Shown piece by piece: positions 38,729-48,964 of a DNA stretch of 64,000 bases. Both the position numbers and the translations under genes were made by a program. The DNA comes from Candidatus Pacearchaeota archaeon. Lineage in GTDB: Archaea > Nanobdellota > Nanobdellia > Pacearchaeales > GW2011-AR1. Within the stretch, counting starts at the first letter, position 1. Each line of letters starts with the position of its first letter. The stretch is taken from positions 54,454 to 118,453 of the forward strand of contig VGKP01000001.1 of assembly GCA_016866975.1 (NCBI GenBank). The letters run 5' to 3'. The notes beneath the pieces are model-generated. The model made no database searches. It saw only the letters and a program-made list of their open reading frames with translations, and had not been told where the DNA came from.

Positions 38729-40642
38729 TTACTCCATTGGTGCGCCAGAAAGGCGGTTTCTGCCTGCTATCTGACCGCCTAATTCTACAGGAAGACCTGA
38801 GAAACCTGCGCCATATATGCTATGGTGAATGTCTGGGTTGAAACCGTATCCTGAGAAATAACCTGAACTTGCGAAGGCTGCCTGATTCCATGCGGGAGCC
38901 ATTTGCATGCTATATAAGGGAGACCCGAATGCGGCTAGAGTCTCTCTAAAAGGTGTTGTCTTGAAATCCTTGAACCAACCTCCAGTCTCTATTATTTTTT
39001 TTGCTTTCTTAAAATTCTCATCCAATGATAAAATCTCTTTCGTAGCCACATTACCCATACCCATAGGAAGCTCAGTATGTTCGAGGCCAAAATTGTCTGA
39101 GAGATGAACGTGCTTTACATGCGGGGCGATTATTTTTGCTTCTTCAATTGTATCTTTTTTGCTGTAACCAAATTTCCTTATCATATTTATATGGCCTACA
39201 TCCCACGTGGCACCTATAATTTTCTTTGCTTGCTCTCTTGCTTGTTTTTCAGAGAGATTAAGTTCTGAAACTGCTTTCTCGACAAACTTATCCTGGCTCT
39301 TTTCAATCAAGTTCCTTAGATCTTTGGCCCTATCAAATGCTGTCGTGCCTGCTGGAGGATTCTCTATGCTGATTATAGGGGTTGTGTTCTTAGGCTTGCC
39401 ATGAGCAAATTCCTTATAAGCATTGAAAGCCACGTTAGAAAAAGTGTCTGAGGCTTTGTCCAGAGCAAACTCAGTAAGAGGCTTTCTTGTCTCTGGAGGA
39501 CTTATACTGCGCAATATATTGACACCCTTCAATATCTCATCCCCGAGTTTATCTATCTCTTGAGGCTTATCCAACTTATTCACTACTTGTGATATCTCTT
39601 TTTTGAATGCTTCGAGCATCTCCAGGTCTTTCCTAGCCCTTTCTTTTCGCTGATCATCATTAGATTTGGAATTTCTTTCTGCCGCCCCATATGCCTGATT
39701 GAAGAGATTCTTAAGATCACTATAAGCGTCCCTGAGATAGATGTCGCCATGTGCAATCTCCTGAATTTTTTTAGTTACGACTTTCTCATAAGCTGGCCCT
39801 AGAGCACTTATTTCTTTCTGCGTTTTAACGTCTCCATACTTTTCATAATATGTAAGGAGTGCTTCCGGCTTTTCCAGAACTTTCTTCTCTTCAAGATCTT
39901 TTGATTCCAGAGGATGGAGGGCATGGTCTACTATCTGCTTTCCTTGATAAGCATGATAACTTAATCCTTGAAGCTTTTTAGTCCATTCTTCTTTATTGGC
40001 CTTTTTAAGTTCATCATCAATTTTCTTAGCATCACCCACATCCCTTTCTTCTCCTGGAAAATATCTTTTTTCTGCAAGGGAGATGTTTGAAAATGAACCA
40101 GTAGATTCATCTGCAACCATGATTGACATTGTCTTTTCTTTCTTCTCCTTCTCATCCCAAATCTTTGTCTCTGGTTGCAATGAAGTTACTCCTGAATGGA
40201 AAGTGACTACTATGTTTCCGTCTGGGTTTACCTGATGGGCTCTTTGCACGGCACTCAACATCTTCTTCTCAGATTCAACTCTTTGTGATTCATCCCAACC
40301 TTGCCTTGTTATACCCGTAGGCTCTACAAGTGGGCCATGGAAAGTGAGGTCTACACCTGTAAGCTTCCTAAGACGATTTATTTCATCAAGATGCTGTTTT
40401 GGAATATAATCCAGAGCCTCCATCTGAATGGCAGTGATCTCAATGCCCTTGATACCTGTGGATATCTTGTCAGAGACTGCCTTAAGTTGATTGCTTGTCC
40501 TTGGATCTGTAGTTGCTCCTAATGATCCTGCAGAGACAGTGTAATTGGGCATAGTGTCAGATTGACCATAATCTTTTGTTATATTCGCCCCTACATCTAA
40601 GGGATACTGCCCGCCAGGATAGAATGTATGTTCGCCTCCCAT
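38729..40642 (-). CDS. Xylose-isomerase-like/AP-endonuclease-2 TIM-barrel protein with large helical insert
   Basis: TFHGP, VTFHSG, ISIEN, TWDVGHINM, HVHLSDNFG. Confidence 0.8.
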   Translation of the reverse strand: MGGEHTFYPGGQYPLDVGANITKDYGQSDTMPNYTVSAGSLGATTDPRTSNQLKAVSDKISTGIKGIEITAIQMEALDYIPKQHLDEINRLRKLTGVDLTFHGPLVEPTGITRQGWDESQRVESEKKMLSAVQRAHQVNPDGNIVVTFHSGVTSLQPETKIWDEKEKKEKTMSIMVADESTGSFSNISLAEKRYFPGEERDVGDAKKIDDELKKANKEEWTKKLQGLSYHAYQGKQIVDHALHPLESKDLEEKKVLEKPEALLTYYEKYGDVKTQKEISALGPAYEKVVTKKIQEIAHGDIYLRDAYSDLKNLFNQAYGAAERNSKSNDDQRKERARKDLEMLEAFKKEISQVVNKLDKPQEIDKLGDEILKGVNILRSISPPETRKPLTEFALDKASDTFSNVAFNAYKEFAHGKPKNTTPIISIENPPAGTTAFDRAKDLRNLIEKSQDKFVEKAVSELNLSEKQAREQAKKIIGATWDVGHINMIRKFGYSKKDTIEEAKIIAPHVKHVHLSDNFGLEHTELPMGMGNVATKEILSLDENFKKAKKIIETGGWFKDFKTTPFRETLAAFGSPLYSMQMAPAWNQAAFASSGYFSGYGFNPDIHHSIYGAGFSGLPVELGGQIAGRNRLSGAPME

Positions 40643-40681
40643 GATTATTCTAAGGAAAAGGTTTATTTAAATCCTTACAAG

Positions 40682-41176
40682 TCAAACTTCCCAGGGATAT
40701 CGCCTTCTAGAATCTCTTTTTTCAGGAGATTTAGAAAGATCATAGTTCTTCTCATCATTCATTGATTGGCCCCTTATGCCTTGTATATCTTGGCCTCTAT
40801 TCAATGGATTCCTGCCAAATGTAATGTCCTGAGGTATCACTGTGGCAGCAGTATTCTGAGCTTGATATTTTCTTCCCGCCTGTACAGCTGTCTGTGCGTA
40901 CCATCGCTTTACTTCCTGAGAATCTTCTTGAGGATTTTGCTGGAGGGCTGTGTTTCCTGCCCTAGGAGATGCTTGTGGTTGGACCGGTGACGGCCTTATC
41001 ATCATAGGGCTTGTCCCAGATGGCATAGAAATAATCTCTCTTTCTACTTCCTCTTCTCTTCTCTCAAGACCTGAGGGTCTTTGCGATTGATGCTCTTCTT
41101 TGGGAATCTGCCTTATTATCTTGACCTTGGCCGCCAACTCTTTTATTACCACTTTCTTTTTCCCTTTCTGGACCAT
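40682..41176 (-). CDS. Hypothetical low-complexity protein
   Basis: 164 aa, Q/P/E-rich. Confidence 0.6.
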   Translation of the reverse strand: MVQKGKKKVVIKELAAKVKIIRQIPKEEHQSQRPSGLERREEEVEREIISMPSGTSPMMIRPSPVQPQASPRAGNTALQQNPQEDSQEVKRWYAQTAVQAGRKYQAQNTAATVIPQDITFGRNPLNRGQDIQGIRGQSMNDEKNYDLSKSPEKRDSRRRYPWEV

Positions 41177-41217
41177 GATTTAACGAGGACAAGCAAGTAA
41201 ATAAATGTTATTAGTCT

Positions 41218-42765
41218 TCAGAAGGTTGGCATATTATGGGCGCTCTTGTAAAGGCCATATATTTTGCGACATTCTTTCCTAGCCTTTATTATAACTTGTG
41301 AACGCAGGACTGCCTCTAGATCGCTGTCTGGTTTAATCTCTCCTTTTTTATCTTTCTTCTCCTCTTCCTTCTTTTTCTTTCCAAAAAGGTCTTTCCATGC
41401 TTCAACTAGTGCTGAGAAAGGATTGCCTAAGTCTTTCTTTTCTTCCTTCTTCTCCTTTTTATTATCTTCTTCTAGGAATTCATTTATCTCCTCCTGTATC
41501 TGGGAAAGGCTTTCTGATGTAGCTCCTTCTATTAACGCAAATGTGTCGTCCAAATCATCCTTGTCCACTTCTTTTTTTAGGATGTCTATCTCTTCGTCAT
41601 TAAGAGAGTAGCTTGTGAACTCTATCTCAACCTTTCCCCTGTAGCCGTAACCCTGCTGTCCCGCTCTCTCTGGAATGCTTCTGAACCTGAACTGAACAAC
41701 GACAATTGTCCTTGGTTGCCTTATGTTCTTGTTGCTGAAAATCTTTGGAAGATTGCCCCTAATTATCTCATCTCCTACCTTGTATTCTCCTTCTGCAACT
41801 ATCAATAGTTCGAACATGGCAGTATTAAATACAGTCACAATATTGGCGTCTGGAGACATTCTCTGTTCAAGAGCCCTGGCAGCCTTAAGGTAAGGTTTTG
41901 CCCAATGCGCGTAGAGCTTAACTGCATTCACCTGGCTCTTCAGGTAAGTCTTCTCAATCTCATATCTCTTCCTCAACTCTTTATCTGACTCTTTGACCCA
42001 TAAGAAAAATTCATAGACCCTTTGCTGTACAATTCGCCTGACTCTTTCATTAAGGTCGAGGCCGCCTTTGTCTGAAGGCTTTGCCACATCATCAGCAGAC
42101 TCAGCAGACATGAATGCATCAATCAATGTAACATAATCGTACTGCTGAGCCATCATCTTTAGACCAGTATTGCCTCTCTTTGCATCAACTGTGTCCATCC
42201 AGACTTGCTTAAGCGACAAGAGTGCCGCATTTTTTTCTGCCTTGCTCTTGGCATCCTTGTATGTGTCGTAAAGGCCGAGACGAAGCCTGAATTCCTTGAG
42301 ATCGTAGACTATGTTCAAAATAGATTTCAGAACATTATTTGCATCACCAAGAAGTTTAAGGCCCTGGTTCTGCATAGTAGTGGCCTTCATCCCAAACTCT
42401 GAGAAGTGGCTTGAACCTGGAGAAGAGACAAAATTGTCTACAAGCTTATGGACATCCCTAATATCATCTAACTCTTTATTGATTGTATCTATTACCCAGA
42501 AGTATATCGCTTCCAATGATTCACTTGATGCGTCGTATGTCAATTTGTGCTTTTCTATTGGATTTCCATGCCCTGGTTTTTTGAAAGGGTTTTCGTACGC
42601 GATATCGTCAAAATTCATAAACTCTGACTTTAGTGGCTTTGCCTTCTTTGCTGCTTCTCTGATGCCTTTCTCTTTCTTAGTCTCCTTGACTTCTTTCTTT
42701 TTCTCAGAGTCACAATAAATATCGGGATTTATTGCTGCTATAAGATTATGGATATCTAGTGCCAC
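41218..42765 (-). CDS. Hypothetical protein
   Basis: 515 aa; GTG start with GGAGGTG Shine-Dalgarno upstream. Confidence 0.8.
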   Translation of the reverse strand: MALDIHNLIAAINPDIYCDSEKKKEVKETKKEKGIREAAKKAKPLKSEFMNFDDIAYENPFKKPGHGNPIEKHKLTYDASSESLEAIYFWVIDTINKELDDIRDVHKLVDNFVSSPGSSHFSEFGMKATTMQNQGLKLLGDANNVLKSILNIVYDLKEFRLRLGLYDTYKDAKSKAEKNAALLSLKQVWMDTVDAKRGNTGLKMMAQQYDYVTLIDAFMSAESADDVAKPSDKGGLDLNERVRRIVQQRVYEFFLWVKESDKELRKRYEIEKTYLKSQVNAVKLYAHWAKPYLKAARALEQRMSPDANIVTVFNTAMFELLIVAEGEYKVGDEIIRGNLPKIFSNKNIRQPRTIVVVQFRFRSIPERAGQQGYGYRGKVEIEFTSYSLNDEEIDILKKEVDKDDLDDTFALIEGATSESLSQIQEEINEFLEEDNKKEKKEEKKDLGNPFSALVEAWKDLFGKKKKEEEKKDKKGEIKPDSDLEAVLRSQVIIKARKECRKIYGLYKSAHNMPTF

Positions 42766-42892
42766 CTAAGACACCTCCGGTTTTGTGGTACAACTTCCCC
42801 TCTTTCATTAAGCAGTATAGACAGAGGTTTATTTAAATGTTTAGAGAGAAGATTTATAAATAAGTTCCACGTATTGATGCTGAGGTTGATGC

Positions 42893-44200
42893 ATGAATAT
42901 ACTTCAGTGGCGTTGTTTGCAATTATCTATCTTGTTCTTATTGTCTATCCTCATTAGTTTATCTGTTGTAAGCTTTACTAGTGCTGCTGTTAGCTGTGAC
43001 GTGGCAGTCAGCAGGACAACGGTGCTGCCCACAGATTTTACAGAACAACAGAAAACTGCACGCACCCTGGTCTTTGGGGAAGCCCTTGGACAGTTCAGTG
43101 AGACCAGTGTGCCTTCGGTCATGGTTGATTGCAATGCAAAAAATATTGAACCCAAGCCATTGGAAAAAAATGTCAAGGCCAGAGTCACATATTCTGCGAC
43201 ATCGTTATCCTACCGTGCTGATTGTTATTATCCTAGACCTAAAATTGATACAACCTATACTGTGGGAGCGACTTTGTTACCTGATAGTGTGCCTTGCGTG
43301 CTTTCAGTTGAAAGCGGGACCATAACTACACCTGGCTCGGGACAGGAAGACCAGAAAACAACACCTATAGAATGTGGAATTGCGGGAGCCAAGGTTTGTG
43401 AGAGCGGATATAAATGTAAACATCCTGCTGTACCTGATGGATATGGAAAATGCACTACCTGTCCGCAAGGAACTACGCCTAAAGATGGAAAGTGTGTAGG
43501 AGATTCTAAAGGAGATATTAAAAAAGGTGGAGAAGATACTTCTGGATTGGTATGCTTGGATGGAAGCAAGCCAGTCAATGGCAAATGCCCTGAGAGAAAG
43601 AAGATGGAAAAAGATTGTGGAGATAGATTTGTTTATGATAGCTTCAATGGGGTATGTATTGAAACTGGGAAGAAAGTCCCTCCGCCTAAAAAAGATGATG
43701 ATTTGCCTCAATTGCCTGAAGATGAGGAGACCTTGACTATCATCCTGAAGAATAAATATACTTTTATAGGTATTCCTTTTGAAAGTGCAGAACTAGTCAG
43801 CAGTACATGCACAGAGAGTGTATCTTATGCCTATGATGCACAGAAGAATTCATTCATCAAGTTTGATTCTACAGAGCCAGATGATTACGTTGGAAGAGGA
43901 CTTCTTGTAAAGATACCTTCTGGAGAATCTTGTAAGATAACATTCAAAGGCACATTCAATGAAGAGCAAACTTTTGCATTGAAAAAAGGATGGAATCTTA
44001 TAAGTCCACAGACTAGAGCATTTGAAGACATAAAGAATAGAAAGAGCGATTGCTCTTTCTTATCGCCATTTGTTGGACTTGATGGAAAGTACTTCAAGGA
44101 AAAGACAATGAAACCAGGATCTGGCTATCTTGTGAAAGTAAAAAGTGATTGCACCTTGTCCACAAAGAATGCATTAGATCTTCCGAGGTTACCTGAATAA
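42893..44200 (+). CDS. Secreted/surface Cys-rich protein
   Basis: N-terminal hydrophobic signal; CxxG Cys-rich repeats; C-terminal LKKGWNLIS...PGSGYLVKV domain. Confidence 0.7.
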   Translation: MNILQWRCLQLSILFLLSILISLSVVSFTSAAVSCDVAVSRTTVLPTDFTEQQKTARTLVFGEALGQFSETSVPSVMVDCNAKNIEPKPLEKNVKARVTYSATSLSYRADCYYPRPKIDTTYTVGATLLPDSVPCVLSVESGTITTPGSGQEDQKTTPIECGIAGAKVCESGYKCKHPAVPDGYGKCTTCPQGTTPKDGKCVGDSKGDIKKGGEDTSGLVCLDGSKPVNGKCPERKKMEKDCGDRFVYDSFNGVCIETGKKVPPPKKDDDLPQLPEDEETLTIILKNKYTFIGIPFESAELVSSTCTESVSYAYDAQKNSFIKFDSTEPDDYVGRGLLVKIPSGESCKITFKGTFNEEQTFALKKGWNLISPQTRAFEDIKNRKSDCSFLSPFVGLDGKYFKEKTMKPGSGYLVKVKSDCTLSTKNALDLPRLPE

Positions 44201-44838
44201 TGGTGCAACAAAATATTAGCAAGTATTACTGGTGGGGTTTTGGAGCGACTTTGGCTGTCCTAGCATTACTCGGTATAGCTTATTTGATTATGAACTCCAA
44301 TGATGACCTTCCTTCTAGTTTTGATGAATCTGAGCTCCCTCAATTGCCTGGAGAGAGCGGAGATGTGGTCGGCAATGATGCACCTTCACTGCCCGTTGAA
44401 AAGGGCCGGAATACTGTCCAAAGCAGTAACTTGGGCAATGGTGCTTCTAGTGATGCTAGAGATTCATTTTCAGGAACTTGGAGAGTCTACTCAGAGCGCT
44501 TGTTTTATGATGAAGGTGGGGGAGGCACCACCCTCTCTGCTTCAACAGGCACCGCCGTCACACAGAAACTCTCACTAAATGTTGATGGGACATGGAGTTA
44601 TGGTGAATCTAAAGGCACTTGGAAAACTTCCTCAATAAACGATGAAGATTGGAAAGCGTGGGGAATAGAATCTTATGGCCCTATACGAAAGATAATCCTT
44701 GAAGGATGGAATAAGGGTACTGCAAGCGGACCGGTTGAGGTGAACATGGAAAGAGTAGATTTTATATGGGTCCTTTACCGCACTGGACCTCCGACAGTTT
44801 CAAAGCATGGAACAGTGCACCTTAAGTTTGGACGTTAA
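44200..44838 (+). CDS. Membrane-anchored hypothetical protein
   Basis: N-terminal TM, linker, W/G-rich beta domain; start overlaps the previous stop. Confidence 0.7.
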   Translation: MVQQNISKYYWWGFGATLAVLALLGIAYLIMNSNDDLPSSFDESELPQLPGESGDVVGNDAPSLPVEKGRNTVQSSNLGNGASSDARDSFSGTWRVYSERLFYDEGGGGTTLSASTGTAVTQKLSLNVDGTWSYGESKGTWKTSSINDEDWKAWGIESYGPIRKIILEGWNKGTASGPVEVNMERVDFIWVLYRTGPPTVSKHGTVHLKFGR

Positions 44839-45166
44839 GAACATAGGTACTCCAAAGATAATTAACGAATTTTTTATTTCTTCTGAAAAATGAGATTGAT
44901 TTCGCTTCTGTCTCTGCTTCTGTTCTCGTTTTGTTGAGAAGGTCATCCTGAATATGAATTAATTCGTGAACCAAAGTTGCTTTTCCACATTCCTCTCCTC
45001 ACGTCTTATTCAAATGAACTGAATAGCAACGGCCTTGACTGTCAGGTGCATACCTGTCCCAAACACCGCAGTGATAATGAAATGGCCAACGCTTAAGAGT
45101 TATGGATGCAACATGGTGTTTTAGAATACATTCATAATGCTCTTGTTCTAGAGTACGTTTCGCCAT
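44822..45166 (-). pseudogene. HExxH (zincin-like) gene with an in-frame TGA
   Basis: MAKRTLEQEHYECIL...HLNKT*GEECGKATLVHELIHIQDD...EAETEA; TGA at 44999-45001; starts 4 nt after the rps9 stop. Confidence 0.55.
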
Positions 45167-45170
45167 TGAC

Positions 45171-45578
45171 TTAACGATAAGACTTCTGTCTCTTGGATCT
45201 TGGAGCTGAATCTCCTGGCTTGTTTGATTCCTTCCTTCTTGAGTCTGCGACTAGCATATTTCTATCGTATTTAAGATAGGCTTTCCTTAGAATATCCGAT
45301 GCTGTGGCCTGCACCAATGCCTTTGCGATGGCCAGTCTTGCGGCCTGAATCTGAGATTCTTTTCCTCCGCCCTGAGTCTTTATTGAGATATCATATTTTA
45401 AGTCTCCTAATTCTCTCTCGTATATCTTTAGAGGTTCCGAAAGGGATAGCCTATGGAAAAGATTTAATTCGGTATATGGCAAATGATTGTAGGTTACTTT
45501 ACCTGTACCAGCAGTTATCCTAAGCTTTGCTATGGCCGTCTTTCTCTTTCCTGAAATTATTGGATTTGATTTTGCCAT
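45171..45578 (-). CDS. rps9: 30S ribosomal protein uS9
   Basis: GKRKTAIA, GGGKESQIQAARLAIAKAL, RSKRQKSYR. Confidence 0.96.
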   Translation of the reverse strand: MAKSNPIISGKRKTAIAKLRITAGTGKVTYNHLPYTELNLFHRLSLSEPLKIYERELGDLKYDISIKTQGGGKESQIQAARLAIAKALVQATASDILRKAYLKYDRNMLVADSRRKESNKPGDSAPRSKRQKSYR

Positions 45579-45580
45579 AT

Positions 45581-45997
45581 TTAGATTTCCCTGCTAAGAT
45601 CCTCCAGGTCAATTGTCTTTGCTGTAGTCTTTCTCACCATTGAGATTTTTGAAGAATTGGCAAATTCTGAAGGGACATCGTTGTAGCACATTACTCTCTT
45701 GAAAGCATCCAGTCCACGCTGTTGCTGATAATTTAACATACCTCTTATTGTCCTCTTGACTATTCTTTCAGGATTTTTTGGGAAGAAAGGTCCTTTAAGG
45801 CTAGAACCTCCTCTTCTTCTTATTGCATTATATTCCTCTATCGAATTGCCTCTCCTTCCGGTAATCAAAACGTATTTGCAGTTTACTATTGCTATTACTT
45901 TTCCTAGAAGAGCTTGTTTTGCTGCATAACTTGCGACCCTGCCCAAAACTGCGCCTTTGGCATCAATCACAAGATTAGGAACAAAACTTGATCTCAT
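45581..45997 (-). CDS. rpl13: 50S ribosomal protein uL13
   Basis: IDAKGAVLGRVASYAAK, KRTIRGML; start set at the ATGA overlap with eL18. Confidence 0.94.
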   Translation of the reverse strand: MRSSFVPNLVIDAKGAVLGRVASYAAKQALLGKVIAIVNCKYVLITGRRGNSIEEYNAIRRRGGSSLKGPFFPKNPERIVKRTIRGMLNYQQQRGLDAFKRVMCYNDVPSEFANSSKISMVRKTTAKTIDLEDLSREI

Positions 45998-46443
45998 GAG
46001 AGCACCTTTATCCCTTCTGCTTTTGGATTTGATTGTATTTCTTGATAAAGAGGAACCCACTCAGACTTAGTCTTCTTTAATTTATCTTTTGCAGAAGATG
46101 AGATATAAAGAGAGGCTATCCTTACCTTTTTTGTTATATCTCCAACTGCCAAGACCTTTCCAGGAATAACGACTGTATCTCCTGCAGTTGTTTTCTGATC
46201 TATGTCTGATAAATTAAGAGTTGGCTGCAGTCTTGTTGACCCTGCGAGCTTCTTAGCAAGAGTCAGCCAGGCCTTGTTCTTCAAAGACGTTCTGATGGCG
46301 ACTTGAAGATGAGGGTGCGTTTTGAACTGAAGATGCCTTTTGATATTAGTCTTGCTTATCTTGCCTTTCCCTTTAGGAGGATTATATTTTTCAGTTATCT
46401 TTCTGTCAACTCTGGTCTTAACAAGATACTTTGTCAATTTCAT
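45994..46443 (-). CDS. rpl18e: 50S ribosomal protein eL18
   Basis: KTHPHLQVAI, VVIPGKVLAVG, SSSAKDKL; N-terminal extension. Confidence 0.9.
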   Translation of the reverse strand: MKLTKYLVKTRVDRKITEKYNPPKGKGKISKTNIKRHLQFKTHPHLQVAIRTSLKNKAWLTLAKKLAGSTRLQPTLNLSDIDQKTTAGDTVVIPGKVLAVGDITKKVRIASLYISSSAKDKLKKTKSEWVPLYQEIQSNPKAEGIKVLS

Positions 46444-46520
46444 ATTCCCATCGGGAAATGAAGGTATTTAAAGCTTGCCATGATAGAAAGATTTTTATAC
46501 TATAATGTGTGTAAGTGTGT

Positions 46521-46928
46521 ATGATTAGATATTCTGTAGCGAATGAGAGTGATGCTGCATTGCTTGCAAAAATAGACAAGACAGCATTCAAAGAAATGAA
46601 AACATGGGAAATACAGAAAGAGAAAGATTTTGCTAAATCATTAAGAAAGAAAGACTTCTATTTTGTCATAGCTTATCATGGACATGAGCCTGCAGGATAC
46701 ATAGAGAGTGAGTTTGATGCACCTAAAGAGATAGTCTGGATAAAAAACATATATGTCTTTAAGAAATTCAGAAGAAATAAGGTAGCTAAAGAAATGATTC
46801 AGCATGTGGCAAGGCACTGGAAAAAGAAAACGCGCCTGCTCGTGCTCCTGACTGCTGACCGCAACCTGAAGATTTTCCAGAAACTGGGATTTACCAAGAC
46901 GATGAATTATCTTGTGCAGGAGTTCTGA
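46521..46928 (+). CDS. GNAT-family acetyltransferase
   Basis: WIKNIYVFKKFRRNKVAKEMI, IFQKLGF. Confidence 0.85.
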   Translation: MIRYSVANESDAALLAKIDKTAFKEMKTWEIQKEKDFAKSLRKKDFYFVIAYHGHEPAGYIESEFDAPKEIVWIKNIYVFKKFRRNKVAKEMIQHVARHWKKKTRLLVLLTADRNLKIFQKLGFTKTMNYLVQEF

Positions 46929-47152
46929 TGAGCGGTAAAGTAAGAGTTAATATAACTGTAGATAGAGATAAACTAGAAAGAGCGAAGACTAAATTGCACC
47001 TGTTTGGAGGAAAATTAAGCACTCTATTCAATGCATATCTTGATGATTTCGTCAAATCAATAGATCAATCTCCTACCGAAGAACATAAAGAGCTTATAAG
47101 GAAGATGAAAGAGATTGAATCAAGAGTATTGAAATTAGAGAGCAAGAAATAA
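46928..47152 (+). CDS. Small RHH-like protein
   Basis: KVRVNITVDRDKLERAK...LSTLFNAYLDDFV; start overlaps the GNAT stop. Confidence 0.6.
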   Translation: MSGKVRVNITVDRDKLERAKTKLHLFGGKLSTLFNAYLDDFVKSIDQSPTEEHKELIRKMKEIESRVLKLESKK

Positions 47153-47163
47153 TTTGGTTATAA

Positions 47164-47247
47164 TGCGGGAGCGAGGATTCGAACCTCGGAAGGCACTAAG
47201 CCACAGCCACCTCAAGGCTGCCCATTAGACCGCTCTGGCACCCCCGC
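47164..47247 (-). tRNA. tRNA-Leu(GAG)
   Basis: GCGGGGG/CTCCCGCA acceptor, CAGCC-TTGAGGT-GGCTG anticodon arm, long variable arm, GGTTCGAATCC. Confidence 0.95.
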
Positions 47248-47318
47248 ATGTAAGAACGAGAGACGATGTGTTTTTAAAGATAGTGTTTATCTTGCTACTA
47301 TCTTTTTAAGCTCTTGAG

Positions 47319-48959
47319 ATGAGGAAAAGTTTGTCAATTGCTGAAATGTTTAAGTATTGTCCTGATGCCATTCATCTGGATGGATTCCCTCACTCTCCTT
47401 TTTCTTCGAAACTCTTCCGAGGATTGGGTCAGGAAGAAAGTCTAGCACAGTACGGAAAGCCTGACGAGCAAGGAAAAATGATTGTTATCCCCAGTTTCCC
47501 TCAAGAATATATCCAGCAAAGGCAACAATTCTTCCAACGCCTTGGGCGATCCCATCATATGAGAAAATCTGTCTTTGAACGTACATTTCCTAAGAGAAAG
47601 CCAAGAAAATACAATGCAGAAGAATTTATTGGGTTCTGTTCAGAAGTGAGACAGACGCTTGCGGATGCCCGTCAGGAACTTTTCAGATTGAGAGGAATCC
47701 CTGAAAAAAAGGGAATTTTGGACAGAATAAGAAGATTTGAAGAGGCGTATGGAAAACAATGCTGTACACTGGAACAGCTGGACAATATGAATACCTTTCT
47801 TATCAATACGGATAATGGCTCCATTGAAGGTTGGAGAACCCCTGGGAGAGAAAGCGGGCATCAGACCTCTTATGTCAAGGAACTTGACTAAAACTCCAGC
47901 TTTTAAGCTGGAGTTGTTCCTTGAGCATCCAAAAAACGAGCGCCTGCATCAAACTGCGGCTTTTAAGCCGCAGTGGCGCATCGTTTTTTTTATAATGGGG
48001 GAAATGCGTTAAAAAAGGTAAGAGTCACCATGAAACGTGCTGCACTGGAAGCCGTCGAAGGTGGAAAAGAAGATTTTAAAGCGAATATTTTTAGATTTGT
48101 AAGAGGGGAATTCAGTTTGAGAAAGGAAGAAAACCTTCGAGGGCTCGTTGAGAAAATAGCAGCACCTGTACGATTCCATAGAAATTATGGGAGGTTCATG
48201 ATGGGATATGCCTACCAAGAAAAAGACGATTGGGATCCTATGAATGATCCTGAACCTGAAGAAGACTTTCCTCTGCCCCATCATGACATTCCTGAACTTG
48301 TTACGCCCCAGTTTAAAGATTACTATCGGCTTGAGAATATGTTTCCCCTTACACTTTCACAACCCTATGAGGGACCTAGACAATTTGTCCCTATCAGTTT
48401 TAGTACCAAACGAGGCGAAAGAAAATTTATGCTTGCGGGTCTGCACAGCGGAGGAAAGAGTTTTTTTTTAGAAAACATTGTTCTCGGCTCGATTATGTGG
48501 CAAACAGGAGAACAAACTCCAGGAGACGCTATTATAGCTCCTTACTACAATCGCATTTTCTATTTTAGGAATGTATCTAATCGTGGAGGCGGGAAGGGTA
48601 AGGCAGAACAGGAACTTCGCCACATTTATGGCCATATTAAGAATAGTAATAAAGAAGACTTGATTGTTTTGGATGAGTTTCTCGATTCTGCAGAAGCTGA
48701 AGTTGCAGAATCCATGGGATCCAAATTAATGGATGGATTATACAAGAGTGAAGCAACCGTTTTTATCTCATCACATCGAGCACATGATTTTAGAAAGCTT
48801 CAAAAACAGGGATGGACAATTTATACACCTGAGCATACAGTTGCCTCCAGTGGTAAGATTGTACCGTGCAGGACCTTGCGAAGAGGTCTACCCAACAAAG
48901 AAATTAATGTTCTATTTATGAATCAACGATATGCAGATATTTTCAGTCAAGGACAGTAG
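47319..48959 (+). pseudogene. MutS-related P-loop ATPase gene split by the 120-bp element (track ORFs 47319..47891 + 47973..48959)
   Basis: GLHSGGKS Walker A, LIVLDEF Walker B, FISSH; removing 47874-47993 gives one ~506-aa frame (…HQTSY|NGGNALK…). Confidence 0.75.
47874..47993 (+). mobile_element. 120-bp element, copy 2 (intragenic)
   Basis: TTAT|GTCAAGG...TTTTTAT|; terminal TGAT changed to TTAT. Confidence 0.85.
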
Positions 48960-48964
48960 AAAAA

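Noticed and set aside
47874-47993. 120-bp element as an archaeal bulge-helix-bulge intron
   Set aside because: The two ends do not pair with each other or with the flanks; the hairpins are side by side, and two copies are intergenic.
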